In this document: positions 33,909 through 43,722 of the stretch, piece by piece
Position numbering within the stretch: position 1 is the stretch's first letter
Layout of the letters: each line of letters opens with the position of its first letter
Made by a program: the position numbers and the translations under genes
NCBI GenBank assembly: GCA_044230345.1
Contig: JBGARF010000013.1
Coordinates: 90,370-154,369, forward strand
DNA: 64,000 bases
DNA from: Limisphaerales bacterium
GTDB taxonomy: Bacteria > Verrucomicrobiota > Verrucomicrobiia > Limisphaerales > JADJPG01
Direction of reading: 5' to 3'
Notes under the pieces: model-generated
Databases searched by the model: none
The model's input: the letters and a program-made list of their open reading frames with translations, nothing else
What the model was told of the DNA's origin: nothing

Positions 33909-36900
33909 TTACGGCGCTCTCGGCGTGACCAATCGATAGAACCTCCGCGGGCCGCCTGGCGGAAGCGGGTCGATGATTTCCACGAGGCGCGTGGTGGCTC
34001 CGGCCGGCAGATCGGCAACGCGCGTCCACGGCGCGGAAAGGAGATTCGTTGTTCCGAGCACCGAATAGGTTCGGCCACTGACGGCGTTAAACTCGATGCG
34101 CACTCCCGACACGGGCTGACCGTCCGCCGTGGTGTTCGAGACGCGGAGATAACTTTGCGGATCGAGCGGATCGGTGCCGGCCAGATATTCGTCGCGATTG
34201 CTCTGGCCGTCGCGATCGGTGTCGAGCAAAGCGTCCGCCGCGTTGTTCGTGTTCAAACCCGCGGTCACCTCCCAAACGTCGGGCAAGCCGTCTCCGTCGA
34301 AGTCGGCCAGGGTGGTGATGGTGGCTTGTGCGGAGGCGACGCCGGTGGGGGAAGCGGCATTGCGCACGACGACGCGGTAACTCTGGCTGCCGATCGTGGC
34401 CGGAGCATTGAAGGTGAAGAAGTCGGTCGTGAGGGTGGAATCGTTGGTGAAGATGGGCACGGAACCGCGACGCCATTCATAGCTGAACGGGCGCGGGTTG
34501 GCGTCGATGCTGGCGCTGAGCGTCACCGGTGCGCCCGCGACCACTGACTGGGAAATGGGCTGGATGACGAACCTGGGCGTGATCAGAACCGTCAGGGTGA
34601 CCGCGTCGCTGAATGTGGGCCCGATGTCATCGATGACGCGCACCCGATAGGTTCCTTCTTGCGCGACCTGCACATTGACGAGCGTGAGCGTGGGGGAAGT
34701 GGCTCCGACGATGGGCACGTTATTGAACAGCCATTGGTAGCGCAGCACGCCGGTGCCGATGGCGGTCACGTTGAACGCGGCGTTGGTCGGCGTGGTGCCG
34801 AGTCGGACGGTGACGTTCGTCGGCTGGCTGGTGACGGTGGCCGGGATGAGAACGGTGAGATTGGCGCCGGCGCTGAGCGCTGAGCCGGCAGTATTTTGGA
34901 CGAGCACCGTGTAGATGCCGGCCTGGGAAGCCTGGACGTTGTCCACCGTGAGCGTCCGGTTGGTGGCGCCAACGATGGTCACTCCGTTGAAGCGCCACTG
35001 GTAGGAGAACGGTGGCGTGCCTCCGGGCGTCACCGTAAAGGTGGCTGCTTGATCGCGTATGGCGGTCGCCGGTTGCGGGTGCTCGGCGATGACGGGTGGG
35101 AATTGCACAACCAGCGTGGCGGGGTCACTCGTGATGGCTCCCGCGGTGTTCGCCACCACCACGGAGTAAAGGCCGGCGTCGGCTTCCTGGAGATTGGCCA
35201 GAGTCAGCGTGGCGTTGGTGGCGCCGGGCAGATCGAGATTCTGAAAGCGCCACTGGAACGAGAACGGCGGCGTGCCACAAACCGCGACGCTGAACGTCGC
35301 GGTGCCGTTGGTGGGGGCGACGCGGTTTTGGGGTTGCGCGGTGATGGCCGGCAGTCCGGCAGGAAGATTGGCGCGGGCGCGTCCGGCCGTGGGCGGCTCA
35401 GCGGTCCAGTTGAAGGGCTGTGAACCGGCTGCGGCGGTGCTGAGGCGCTGGATGGAATTGCCGCTGCCGTCGGCGCCGCAAGGCCACGGCGATTGGTCAG
35501 CATAGAGCACCTCGTCGACGATGATCCAACTGACCGGGTCGCCGGGCAGGTCGGGCGCCTGCGGTTTTTCCAGCGCGATCCGATCGCTGTTGTTGGCGAG
35601 CTTGCCGAGGTAAGGTCCGACAATCTTCAAGCTGGGATCCGTGATCGCATGGGTCGCCTTGAACGCTGCGAGTTGCGTGACGTTCGTGGCGGGATCGAAA
35701 TTTGCGATGACGAGAAATTCGCCCGGCGCGAGCGTGACGGGCCCGGCGAACACGAATTCGACGCCGCCGTTGAGGCGCCAGGGACCGTTGGTGTTGGCCA
35801 GCGTGACGGTGACCGTCGAGGCGTTGTGCAGTTCGATGAATTCATCCAGCGAATTGTCCACGCGATTGGTGCCGTCGAGGACGTCGGGTGGATGGAATTG
35901 AAGCTCGCTGATGATCACCGACGGCGTGGGCGCAGCGTTGGCGGCGGAGCGGGTCGGAGGCGTGAGCGCGAACCAGTCGGGCGCGCCATCCGGGTAACGG
36001 CCAAGTGACCAGTCGTTTTCCTGGCCTTTGAAGCTGACCGAGTCGATGACCCGATCGGCGGTCGTGCCAGGCAGGAATGAGAGGAACACCTGTTCGCCCG
36101 CCTTGTTCAGGCCGAAGCCAATGTTGGTCGGGTGGTGAAAGCCGGTGACTTCGTCGAACGCGACCCAGCCGCGGGCCGGGACGGTGGTGCCGGCGGGGAT
36201 CTGCCATTTTTTCAAGGCCAGATACGTCGAGCCGTCGTCGCTGAGATACCAGCCGTCGCCGAGCGTGATGGCGTTGTCGGTCGGATTGTAGAGTTCGATC
36301 CAGTCGTTGGAATCGAACTCCGTCGTGAAATCCGTGTGCGCCACGATTTCGTTCAGGACGAGCGACGGCGGCGCAGCGGCGTCGGTGCGGCCGGGCGATC
36401 CGCGCAGCAACGCGCTGGGACGCCAGTTGCCCGCGTAGTCACTGGATCCGGAGTCCTGGGCGGCGAGGGCGGATTCTGAGAGCACCAGCGAATGGCCGGC
36501 GCCGTCGGCGGACGCGGGCCAGCCTCGGCCGTCGCCGTAGGAGAAATTGACGATGTCCGTGCCGCCGGCCGCGGTGCGGAGCACGATGGCTTCGCCGGCG
36601 TTGTTGAGGCTGCCGCTGTAGGGGCCGTAGACGGGCACGGAACCGTCGAGTTGATGATAGGCGCGAAAGGCGGCGAGGTCCGGCGTGCCGACCACGACCA
36701 GGAATCCGCCGGGCGGCAGGGAAGCGCCGGCGGGGAAGGTGAAGTCGATGCCTTGAGTAAACTTCACGCCGGCGAGATTCAGCGTCAGCGTCGGGCTGAT
36801 GTTGAATAGTTCGATGTATTCATAGCCGCCGGGCGCGGGGTTGAACATGATCTCCGTGATGCGGAGGTTTCGGATCAGGTCGGCTTCCGTGAAAGGTTCG

Positions 36901-39900
36901 CCGCAGGTGAACTCGATCGGTTGCGACCAGTTGCTGTTGCGTCCGGTTTGATCCGTGTGCAGCACGCGAACGCGGTAGCGGCTGCCGACGCGCAGGACGT
37001 CGGCCGGGATTTGGATGTCCGCCGCGAAGGGAGAGAGGTTGCCGCTTTCCCAGACGGGTTCGATCTCGTAGCGACGCGGTTCTCCGGGGCGGGCGGTGAC
37101 TTCGCCGACACGCCAGCGGAGCGAGCGGAACGGATTGGCTCCGGAGTAGGCGGACGATCGGAAGGTGAGCTGGTTGAGGGGGAAGTCCGACGGGCCGGTG
37201 TAGGTGATGGTGGGCCGCGCGGGTCGGGCGTTGTCGGCCGACATGGTATCGAGCGAGAAGGCGGCATTGGTCGCGCGATAATCGACGTAGCTTTTCATCA
37301 GCTGCACGCCGCCGGCAAAGGTCTTGGGCAGACCGGCGGGATTGGGCGTCTGGGCGGGCCATTGATAGTAGCGGCCCTGGCCGGCTTTGGCGGCGGAGTT
37401 GGGGGAGTAGGTGCCGTCGATCATCTTGGGGTTGAAATCCCACATCGAACGATCGGCGTCGAGAATCGTGGGGGCGTTCGTGGGGCCGCGCAGGAGGCTG
37501 GCGTACTCATCGATCAACGCATAGGCCTGGTCGGTGTTCCAAAGCAGATCGCGGATTTCGCGCACGCGATTGCGGAACTCGATGTTGATGTTCGGCAGGC
37601 GTCCCGGGTTGGCGAAATTGTCGAGCAGCCGGCTCTTCAGCGGCTCGTCGCCTCCGGTTTGGCCGCCGCGATACATGTTGTCCGCCCACGTCAGGTCCAG
37701 ATCCCATGTGCAGGTTTCCCACAGGCGGGTCACCGGATTTCGATAGAAGAAATAGTTTTTTCCGTCGGCGATGTCGTAGTGGTGGATGCCCTGAACGATG
37801 GCCTGATAGCTGTAATGGCGGGGCAGGTTCCAATTCGTGCGCCACCATTGCTCCGACGCCAGGCTGTAGTTGGCCTGGAGGTAGGTCAGATCGGATTTGT
37901 CGGTGGGCCCGGTGGGACCGACGTTGTTCAGTTCGCCGGTGCCGCCTTCCATCTTGTAGAGATTGCCGTCGGGCAGGCCGTGTTCCTCGAGGAACCGGCC
38001 GTTCTCCTGTTCGATCGCGAGGTATACCCCCCAGAAGTCGCCTTCGAACTGGGACGTTGCGGCCGCTTCGGCCGCCTCGTCGATCACGCGCAACGTGCTG
38101 AAGGTGGAGTGAGGCGCAGCGACGCCCGCCAGATTGAACAGGCGAAAGCCGACCGATTCGAACATGCCCTGCTCGCCGCGGTGATTGAAGTCGCCCTGCT
38201 GGATGCACGCGCCGAGGTTCAACTTGGTCCAGGGCACCGAATATTTGCGGCCCCAGTTGTCGCGCATCTCCAGATCGTGGCCCCGGTTCAAGTCGAACTT
38301 CCACATGTTCTTCGTCATCGAATAGCGCCACACGCCGCCGCGCGCCCGGTAGCGGATATGATCCAGCACCTGGCCGTCGTAGACGAGCGTCCCGGCCCAC
38401 TGATACGCATCGCCACCGTAGCGACTGAACCAGGTCGCCGTTGCGATGGTGTTGCTGCGGCCGATGAGATGAAACACCGGGAGGCGTCCCATGGTGTTGC
38501 TGGAGTAGTTCACGACCGTCCCGAGCGGCCCGGCGGAGCCCGGTTGCACGGCCGCACGCCAGCCCGGCACGCCGTCGTAGACGAAGTAGGCGAAGTTCGG
38601 CTGCGGATCATCCGGGTAGGGAACCAGCGCCGACCGGCCCAGTGCGTCAGTCACGGTGAGGCGATAACGAATGAGGCGACGGTGTTGCTGGACGGAAGCC
38701 GAGATTTGTCCGGTGAAAAAATCGTCGCCGGCGACCGCATCGCCGCCAGTGCCGGCGTCGTTCATCGGCACGGAAATCCAGTTCGCCGCGTTGGTGTAGG
38801 CGGCGTCGGTCAGCTCGATGTATTGGCCGGGGGCGACAATTTGATAGGCGAGGACCACGCTGGCCACCCCTTGCGGATCGGTTACCTTCGCGGTGATGGT
38901 CACCGGCGTGCCGCTGGTGGGTTCGTTGGGATGATGTTCCACCTGGCGGATGTTGGGGGGCGCGTTGGTGGAAAAGACCGTGTTGATTCGGCCCGGGGTC
39001 GGGCCGGTGCCGCCGGTGGCGCCGATCTGTCCGATCAGGCGGGCGTCGAAGAAAAAGTCGCTGCTGCCGGTGAGCGCTGAGTTGTGGGCTTGAATCGCGA
39101 TGGTGTTGACGCCGGGGACGAGCAAGCTGGCGGGGAGGCCCGTCAGGTTGAACCCGACGAAGTTCAGGTTCTCCAGCGCGGACACCGCCGTGCCGTTGAA
39201 CGGCACTTCGCCAGCGGTCATATTCGCGGTGCCATCGATGACGAGCACGCCATTGATCCACGCCTTGAAGCCGTCATCATATTGAGCCTCGAGCAGGAGG
39301 GAGTTGTAGGCGGCGGGATTGGCGACCGTGAACTGTTTGCGGAGGAAGACGGAGGAGTAACCGCCCGACATGTCGGGCAGGGTGGTGGCGATGAATGTTT
39401 CGCCGTAGCCGATCGGCAGGGCTCCTTCGGCCCAATCCGTGTCGTTGAAGGCCGGTTGCCGCCAGAGCGAGGTTGGCGACGATGCTTCGTTGGTGCCCTT
39501 GGCGTATTTCCAGGTGGATTGGGCGGGGAACAGGGCGATGTTTTGCGCGGGCGTGCCGCCGCCGCTTCCGGCGGGGCGCCAGCTGCTGCCCAAATTGTTG
39601 TCGAGCGACGGGTGGATGAGTTCGATCGACTTCCCGGTGCCAGGCGCCGTGGCATCGCCAACTGTCGGCCAGGGGAAGCCGAGGCCGTAGTTGACTTCGT
39701 CCATAATCTGTCCGGCGGCGTTGCGCAGGGTAATGGTTTCACCGCGCGCGGACAGGCCGGGGGCACCATCCGGGTTGAACGGCCCGAGGGCACCCGTCAC
39801 GCCAAACTTAGACTGGAGAAAGGCGGGGTTTTGCGCGACGACCACGAACCCGCCCGGCGGGACGTTGGTGGTCGGGAAGGTGTAGTTCAACCCGTTCGAA

Positions 39901-40091
39901 AAGCGCCAACCAAGCAGGTTGACCGTCAGCGGGCCCGTGTTGTGCAGCTCGATGAATTCCGCCGGCTCCGTCTTCACGTCCGGGTTGTAGTGGATCTCGT
40001 TGATCACGACGGCCGCGCGGAGCGGAAAAGGAGTAGTAGCGAGGCTGGCGATGACGACGGCCGGCGCGGCGAGGAGACGACAAAACTTCAT
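33909..40091 (-). CDS. Giant secreted protein: LTD - beta-sandwich region - CotH kinase-like domain - 3x LTD - 4x Ig (I-set-like) - TSP3-like Ca-binding repeats - C-terminal beta domain
   Basis: Signal MKFCRLLAAPAVVIASLATTPFPLRA. LTD motifs: VVINEIHYNP..EFIELHN, LRITEIMFNP..EYIELFN, LVLNEIVAH..DWIELYN and VIISELQFHP..EFIELHN. CotH-like core: YRARGGVWRYSMTKNMWKFDLN...FWGVYLAIEQENGRFLEEHGL. Ig repeats: ...FSFQWRF.../...YQWRFNG... DFDGDGLPDVWE...DTDRDGQSNRDEY. Ends ...RFYRLVTPRAP. Confidence 0.9.
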   Translation of the reverse strand: MKFCRLLAAPAVVIASLATTPFPLRAAVVINEIHYNPDVKTEPAEFIELHNTGPLTVNLLGWRFSNGLNYTFPTTNVPPGGFVVVAQNPAFLQSKFGVTGALGPFNPDGAPGLSARGETITLRNAAGQIMDEVNYGLGFPWPTVGDATAPGTGKSIELIHPSLDNNLGSSWRPAGSGGGTPAQNIALFPAQSTWKYAKGTNEASSPTSLWRQPAFNDTDWAEGALPIGYGETFIATTLPDMSGGYSSVFLRKQFTVANPAAYNSLLLEAQYDDGFKAWINGVLVIDGTANMTAGEVPFNGTAVSALENLNFVGFNLTGLPASLLVPGVNTIAIQAHNSALTGSSDFFFDARLIGQIGATGGTGPTPGRINTVFSTNAPPNIRQVEHHPNEPTSGTPVTITAKVTDPQGVASVVLAYQIVAPGQYIELTDAAYTNAANWISVPMNDAGTGGDAVAGDDFFTGQISASVQQHRRLIRYRLTVTDALGRSALVPYPDDPQPNFAYFVYDGVPGWRAAVQPGSAGPLGTVVNYSSNTMGRLPVFHLIGRSNTIATATWFSRYGGDAYQWAGTLVYDGQVLDHIRYRARGGVWRYSMTKNMWKFDLNRGHDLEMRDNWGRKYSVPWTKLNLGACIQQGDFNHRGEQGMFESVGFRLFNLAGVAAPHSTFSTLRVIDEAAEAAATSQFEGDFWGVYLAIEQENGRFLEEHGLPDGNLYKMEGGTGELNNVGPTGPTDKSDLTYLQANYSLASEQWWRTNWNLPRHYSYQAIVQGIHHYDIADGKNYFFYRNPVTRLWETCTWDLDLTWADNMYRGGQTGGDEPLKSRLLDNFANPGRLPNINIEFRNRVREIRDLLWNTDQAYALIDEYASLLRGPTNAPTILDADRSMWDFNPKMIDGTYSPNSAAKAGQGRYYQWPAQTPNPAGLPKTFAGGVQLMKSYVDYRATNAAFSLDTMSADNARPARPTITYTGPSDFPLNQLTFRSSAYSGANPFRSLRWRVGEVTARPGEPRRYEIEPVWESGNLSPFAADIQIPADVLRVGSRYRVRVLHTDQTGRNSNWSQPIEFTCGEPFTEADLIRNLRITEIMFNPAPGGYEYIELFNISPTLTLNLAGVKFTQGIDFTFPAGASLPPGGFLVVVGTPDLAAFRAYHQLDGSVPVYGPYSGSLNNAGEAIVLRTAAGGTDIVNFSYGDGRGWPASADGAGHSLVLSESALAAQDSGSSDYAGNWRPSALLRGSPGRTDAAAPPSLVLNEIVAHTDFTTEFDSNDWIELYNPTDNAITLGDGWYLSDDGSTYLALKKWQIPAGTTVPARGWVAFDEVTGFHHPTNIGFGLNKAGEQVFLSFLPGTTADRVIDSVSFKGQENDWSLGRYPDGAPDWFALTPPTRSAANAAPTPSVIISELQFHPPDVLDGTNRVDNSLDEFIELHNASTVTVTLANTNGPWRLNGGVEFVFAGPVTLAPGEFLVIANFDPATNVTQLAAFKATHAITDPSLKIVGPYLGKLANNSDRIALEKPQAPDLPGDPVSWIIVDEVLYADQSPWPCGADGSGNSIQRLSTAAAGSQPFNWTAEPPTAGRARANLPAGLPAITAQPQNRVAPTNGTATFSVAVCGTPPFSFQWRFQNLDLPGATNATLTLANLQEADAGLYSVVVANTAGAITSDPATLVVQFPPVIAEHPQPATAIRDQAATFTVTPGGTPPFSYQWRFNGVTIVGATNRTLTVDNVQASQAGIYTVLVQNTAGSALSAGANLTVLIPATVTSQPTNVTVRLGTTPTNAAFNVTAIGTGVLRYQWLFNNVPIVGATSPTLTLVNVQVAQEGTYRVRVIDDIGPTFSDAVTLTVLITPRFVIQPISQSVVAGAPVTLSASIDANPRPFSYEWRRGSVPIFTNDSTLTTDFFTFNAPATIGSQSYRVVVRNAASPTGVASAQATITTLADFDGDGLPDVWEVTAGLNTNNAADALLDTDRDGQSNRDEYLAGTDPLDPQSYLRVSNTTADGQPVSGVRIEFNAVSGRTYSVLGTTNLLSAPWTRVADLPAGATTRLVEIIDPLPPGGPRRFYRLVTPRAP

Positions 40092-40292
40092 GATAAAGGC
40101 GGAGTTCAGCGCGAAACGTCGGCTAGAGGCGGGCCTGATGCAAGAGGGGATTTTGGGGCGGGGACTAAATGGGTGTGATCAAAAACGGGTGAAGGCAGGG
40201 CTGACGTTCGGCAAGAGTGCGGACGCTATGCACCGGGTCTGGCCGGGCCGGGCTTGTCTTGAGCGCCGCGTCAGCTCTTGGGTGCTCCATCC

Positions 40293-40390
40293 AAAGCGGT
40301 GCTGCGCCCCGCACTCCACGACGCTGGCGCGACCGCCTGGCGCCCGCAGACACGCGGAGCGTCATGGAGTGCGGCGGGCACTGCCGCTTT
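40293..40390. repeat. 98-nt imperfect palindrome (dispersed-repeat-like)
   Basis: The left arm is aaagcggtgctgcgccccgcactccacgacgctggcgcg. The reverse complement of the right arm is aaagcggcagtgcccgccgcactccatgacgctccgcg. Confidence 0.65.
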
Positions 40391-40449
40391 CGCTTTGAAT
40401 CCATCTCCCGCCACGCTCGGGGCCTCACCCGCAATTAATTGCACCCGGA

Positions 40450-41568
40450 CTAGCTCGCTGGCGGGTTCCAGCCGGTTGCGACCTGACGGGCGAGTTGTTC
40501 CAGCCACCGAGCGGGTTCGCGGAGCGCCGAGTCCTTGTCGGTCAGAGTGGTGATCGCGTGGACGCCGGAGAAAAGTTTTCGGGCCTCTTCTGGTTGGGGT
40601 ACGATGCCGGCCAGACCGAGGCAGGGGACGCCGGCCGCGCGGCAGACTTGGGCGATTTCCCCCACGCCCTTGCCCATGAGAGTTTGTCCATCCAACGCAC
40701 CTTCCCCCGTGACCACCACGTGCGCGCGACGGATGCGCTCTTCCAACGCGGCCGCTTCGGCAAAGAGCCGAAACCCTGGTTGGAAGGCGCCGCCCAGAAA
40801 GCTCATCAGGCCGAAGCCCAAACCTCCGGCCGCCCCGGCGCCAGGGACGGCGGCCGGGTTCTGATGAAACTCCCGTTCCCAAACCTGAGCGAGCCGGCTC
40901 AAGCAGGTCTCGGCGAACTCGAACTCCGTCAGGCCCTTTTGCGGACCGTAAATGCGCGTGCAACCGGTCGGGCCCAAGAGCGGGTTTTGCACGTCCACCG
41001 CGACAATCAATTGTTCGAACTGCTGCGGCTGGGCGGGCGGGCGAACGCAGCTGAGATGATTGAGCTGGGTCCAGCGACTGATGTTTTCCTCGTGATCATT
41101 GTGGAACTGCCAGCCGAGGGCTCGCGCCAGGCCGAACCCGGCGTCGTTTGTCGCGCTGCCGCCGATGCCCACCACGCAACGTTGCGCGCCGACCGCCAGC
41201 GCATCGCGCAGCACCGCGCCCAAGCCGTAGGTATCGAGCTCAAAAGGATGAAACTTGCCCGGCGGCAACAGCGCGAGGCCGATCACCCGCGCCGATTCCA
41301 CGATGGCAGTCGACCGCGCCGCACTCCACCACCACGCAGCGTCGATCGGGCGTCGGGCGGCGTCGACGGTCCGCGTCACGCGCGGCTCGGCCCCCAAAAG
41401 CTCCCCTAAAACCTCGCCGAAACCGTCCCCGCCATCGCTCATCGGGACGAGTTCCAGCGTGTCCTCTGGCCGCGCCGCGCGCCAGCCGCGCGCCATCGCG
41501 TCGGCCGCCGCCCGGGCGGTCAGGGTTCCTTTGAACTTATCCGGAACAATGAGGACGTTGAGCGTCAC
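40450..41568 (-). CDS. Glycerate kinase
   Basis: (V)TLNVLIVPDKFKGTLTARAAADAM..., MSDGGDGF, GIGGSATNDAGFGLARALG. No ATG start is available. GTG 41568 gives the family-typical N-terminus, and TTG 41604 is the longest option. Confidence 0.85.
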   Translation of the reverse strand: MTLNVLIVPDKFKGTLTARAAADAMARGWRAARPEDTLELVPMSDGGDGFGEVLGELLGAEPRVTRTVDAARRPIDAAWWWSAARSTAIVESARVIGLALLPPGKFHPFELDTYGLGAVLRDALAVGAQRCVVGIGGSATNDAGFGLARALGWQFHNDHEENISRWTQLNHLSCVRPPAQPQQFEQLIVAVDVQNPLLGPTGCTRIYGPQKGLTEFEFAETCLSRLAQVWEREFHQNPAAVPGAGAAGGLGFGLMSFLGGAFQPGFRLFAEAAALEERIRRAHVVVTGEGALDGQTLMGKGVGEIAQVCRAAGVPCLGLAGIVPQPEEARKLFSGVHAITTLTDKDSALREPARWLEQLARQVATGWNPPAS

Positions 41569-41687
41569 GCCCCAAGTCTTCCCCGGATGGGAACGTGGCC
41601 GCAATGCGGAATCTTGGGGCCGCCTCGTAAACCAAATCCATTCGAGGGCTTGACGTGACCCGTTTGGTCAACAAAACTTGCCGGACT

Positions 41688-42026
41688 ATGAACAATTTGA
41701 AGATCGTCGCTTACCTGAAACCGCACTGCGGCTGGAGCAATGGCGTGCGGGCCATCATGCGGAAGTATGATCTGGCGTTCGAAGAACGAGATATCATCAA
41801 CGATCCCGCGCAGCGCCAGGAGATGATCGAAAAGAGCGGCCAGATGTTGAGCCCGTGCGTGGAGATCAACGGCCGGATGTTGCCGGACATCTCCGGCGAA
41901 GAAGTTGAGGCCTACCTCCTGGCCAATGCCTTGGTGCAGTCGAATGCCCGCCAGCCCGACGCGCCGACCAACCAGCCGTGCGCCCACGAGATGCCCGGTG
42001 GCGCGCCCATGCAGTTCCAGCGCTAG
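41688..42026 (+). CDS. Glutaredoxin-like thioredoxin-fold protein (CGWS motif)
   Basis: MNNLKIVAYLKPHCGWSNGVRAIMRKYDLAFEERDI...SPCVEINGRML matches the Grx-fold pattern. Start at ATG 41688. Confidence 0.7.
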   Translation: MNNLKIVAYLKPHCGWSNGVRAIMRKYDLAFEERDIINDPAQRQEMIEKSGQMLSPCVEINGRMLPDISGEEVEAYLLANALVQSNARQPDAPTNQPCAHEMPGGAPMQFQR

Positions 42027-42121
42027 CCTTAATTTTTCATGCCCTGTCCCCGTGAGCATCGCAAGTATTGCGGCAACATGGGGAACCTGCCACTGCCTTG
42101 CGGACCTGCTCGCGGGGAATG

Positions 42122-42258
42122 AGCCAGCGGGCTGCTCCACCTCACCCTGTCCTGACTCGCTCGGACGCGAGTCTGGACGGTCCCTCTCCCCCGCAGGGCG
42201 GCGGAGAGGCTGACGCGCCGGACGATCCGATGAAAAGGTTGGCGAATCTCCGCGTCGC
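42122..42258. repeat. Dispersed structured repeat, copy B (partner at 15778-15915)
   Basis: See copy A. It lies about 95 nt downstream of the glutaredoxin-like gene stop. Confidence 0.75.
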
Positions 42259-42330
42259 GGCGTGACGTCGGGAGGGGCAGAAGCTGCGGCCTGCTTGCCA
42301 AGCCCGGGCGAACCTGTTCATGCTGCCGGC

Positions 42331-43701
42331 GTGAAGCCCGACCATCACCCGATCCTCCGCCGGCGCGTCCTGCCCCGACGCCGTTTTCTCCATTCCCTCA
42401 GCCTATCCACCGCCGGAACCCTGACGGCTCCGGCGTTTCTGCGCGGCCAAAACCTCAACGGCCGGCTCAACGTCGCGGCCATCGGTGTGGGCGGCCGCGG
42501 CGGATCCAATCTGGGCGACGTCAGTCGCACGGAAAACATTGTGGCGATCTGCGACGTCTACGAGCCCTCGCTGGATGCCGCGGCGAAGCGCCACCCGAAC
42601 GCGCGCCGCGAGACGGATTTCCGCAAGCTCTTCGATCACGAGAAGGAGTTTGATGCTGTGGTTGTCAGCACGTGCGAACACACGCACGCCTTTGCCACCC
42701 TGCCGGCCCTCAAACTCGGGAAACATGTGTATTGCGAGAAACCTCTGACGCATAACATCTGGGAAGCGCGAGTCATCCGTGAGGCAGCGGCGAAGGCCAA
42801 GGTCGCCACGCAGATGGGCACGCAGATCCATGCCACGGACAACTACCGTCGTGTGGTGGAACTGGTCCAGGCGGGCGCGATCGGACCGGTGAGCGAAGTG
42901 CACGTCTGGGTCGGGCGCGCCTGGGGTTGGCAATCCCCTGAAGCGGCAGCCCGCCACAAGGACATCGTCCAAGTGTTGGATCGTCCCGCCGGTTCCTCGC
43001 CGATCCCGGCCGGGCTGCATTGGGATTTGTGGCTCGGTCCGGTGCCGGAACGGCCGTTCCATCAGGTCTATTTTCCCGGACCCAAATGGTATCGCTGGTG
43101 GGACTTCGGCAACGGCACGATGAGCGATTTGGGTTCGCACTGGAACGACCTCGCGTTCTGGGCCCTGAAGTTGCAGGTGCCGCTGACCATCGAAGCCAGC
43201 GGCCCGCCGCCGCACGCCGAGATCGCGCCGGCCTCGATGCAGGCGAGCTACAGCTATGGCGCGCGCGGTTCGATGCCGCCGGTGCGACTGACCTGGTATC
43301 AGGGCGAGAACAAGCCTGCGATTCTCCAGCAGGGCGGGATTCCCAAGTGGGACAGTGGCGTGCTGTTTGTCGGTACCAACGGGCGCATGTTGCTTTCCGA
43401 CTACGGACGTCATGTCCTGGTGCCGGAAAAGGAGTTCACCGACTTTGTACGCCCTCCCAAGACCATCCCGACTTCCTTGGGGCATCACGCCGAATGGATT
43501 CACGCCTGCAAAACAGGCGCGCCCACCACCTGCAATTTCGAGTACGCCGGCTGGCTGACCGAAGCCAATCATCTCGGCAACGTCGCCTATCGCGCCGGCC
43601 GGAAACTCGAATGGGATCCCGTCGCGCTGCGGGCCACGAATGCGCGGGAAGCAGACCGGTTCATCCGCCGGGAATATCGCCCCGGCTGGAAGCTCACGTG
43701 A
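42331..43701 (+). CDS. Gfo/Idh/MocA-family oxidoreductase with twin-arginine signal
   Basis: Tat motif [14 protein letters not shown], then Rossmann segment [15 protein letters not shown]...CEKPL. The start is uncertain (GTG 42331 preferred; GTG 42262 is the longest). Confidence 0.85.
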   Translation: MKPDHHPILRRRVLPRRRFLHSLSLSTAGTLTAPAFLRGQNLNGRLNVAAIGVGGRGGSNLGDVSRTENIVAICDVYEPSLDAAAKRHPNARRETDFRKLFDHEKEFDAVVVSTCEHTHAFATLPALKLGKHVYCEKPLTHNIWEARVIREAAAKAKVATQMGTQIHATDNYRRVVELVQAGAIGPVSEVHVWVGRAWGWQSPEAAARHKDIVQVLDRPAGSSPIPAGLHWDLWLGPVPERPFHQVYFPGPKWYRWWDFGNGTMSDLGSHWNDLAFWALKLQVPLTIEASGPPPHAEIAPASMQASYSYGARGSMPPVRLTWYQGENKPAILQQGGIPKWDSGVLFVGTNGRMLLSDYGRHVLVPEKEFTDFVRPPKTIPTSLGHHAEWIHACKTGAPTTCNFEYAGWLTEANHLGNVAYRAGRKLEWDPVALRATNAREADRFIRREYRPGWKLT

Positions 43702-43722
43702 ACGCGTGGCGCGGCTCCAACT

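Noticed and set aside
36921-39080. Long plus-strand ORFs opposite the giant genes (36921..39080, 53451..54692, 55557..57884, 59626..61641, 39084..40178)
   Set aside because: All are antisense to minus-strand genes with clear LTD, CotH, LamG and Ig motifs, and all are Gly/Arg/Asp/Val-rich with no domains.
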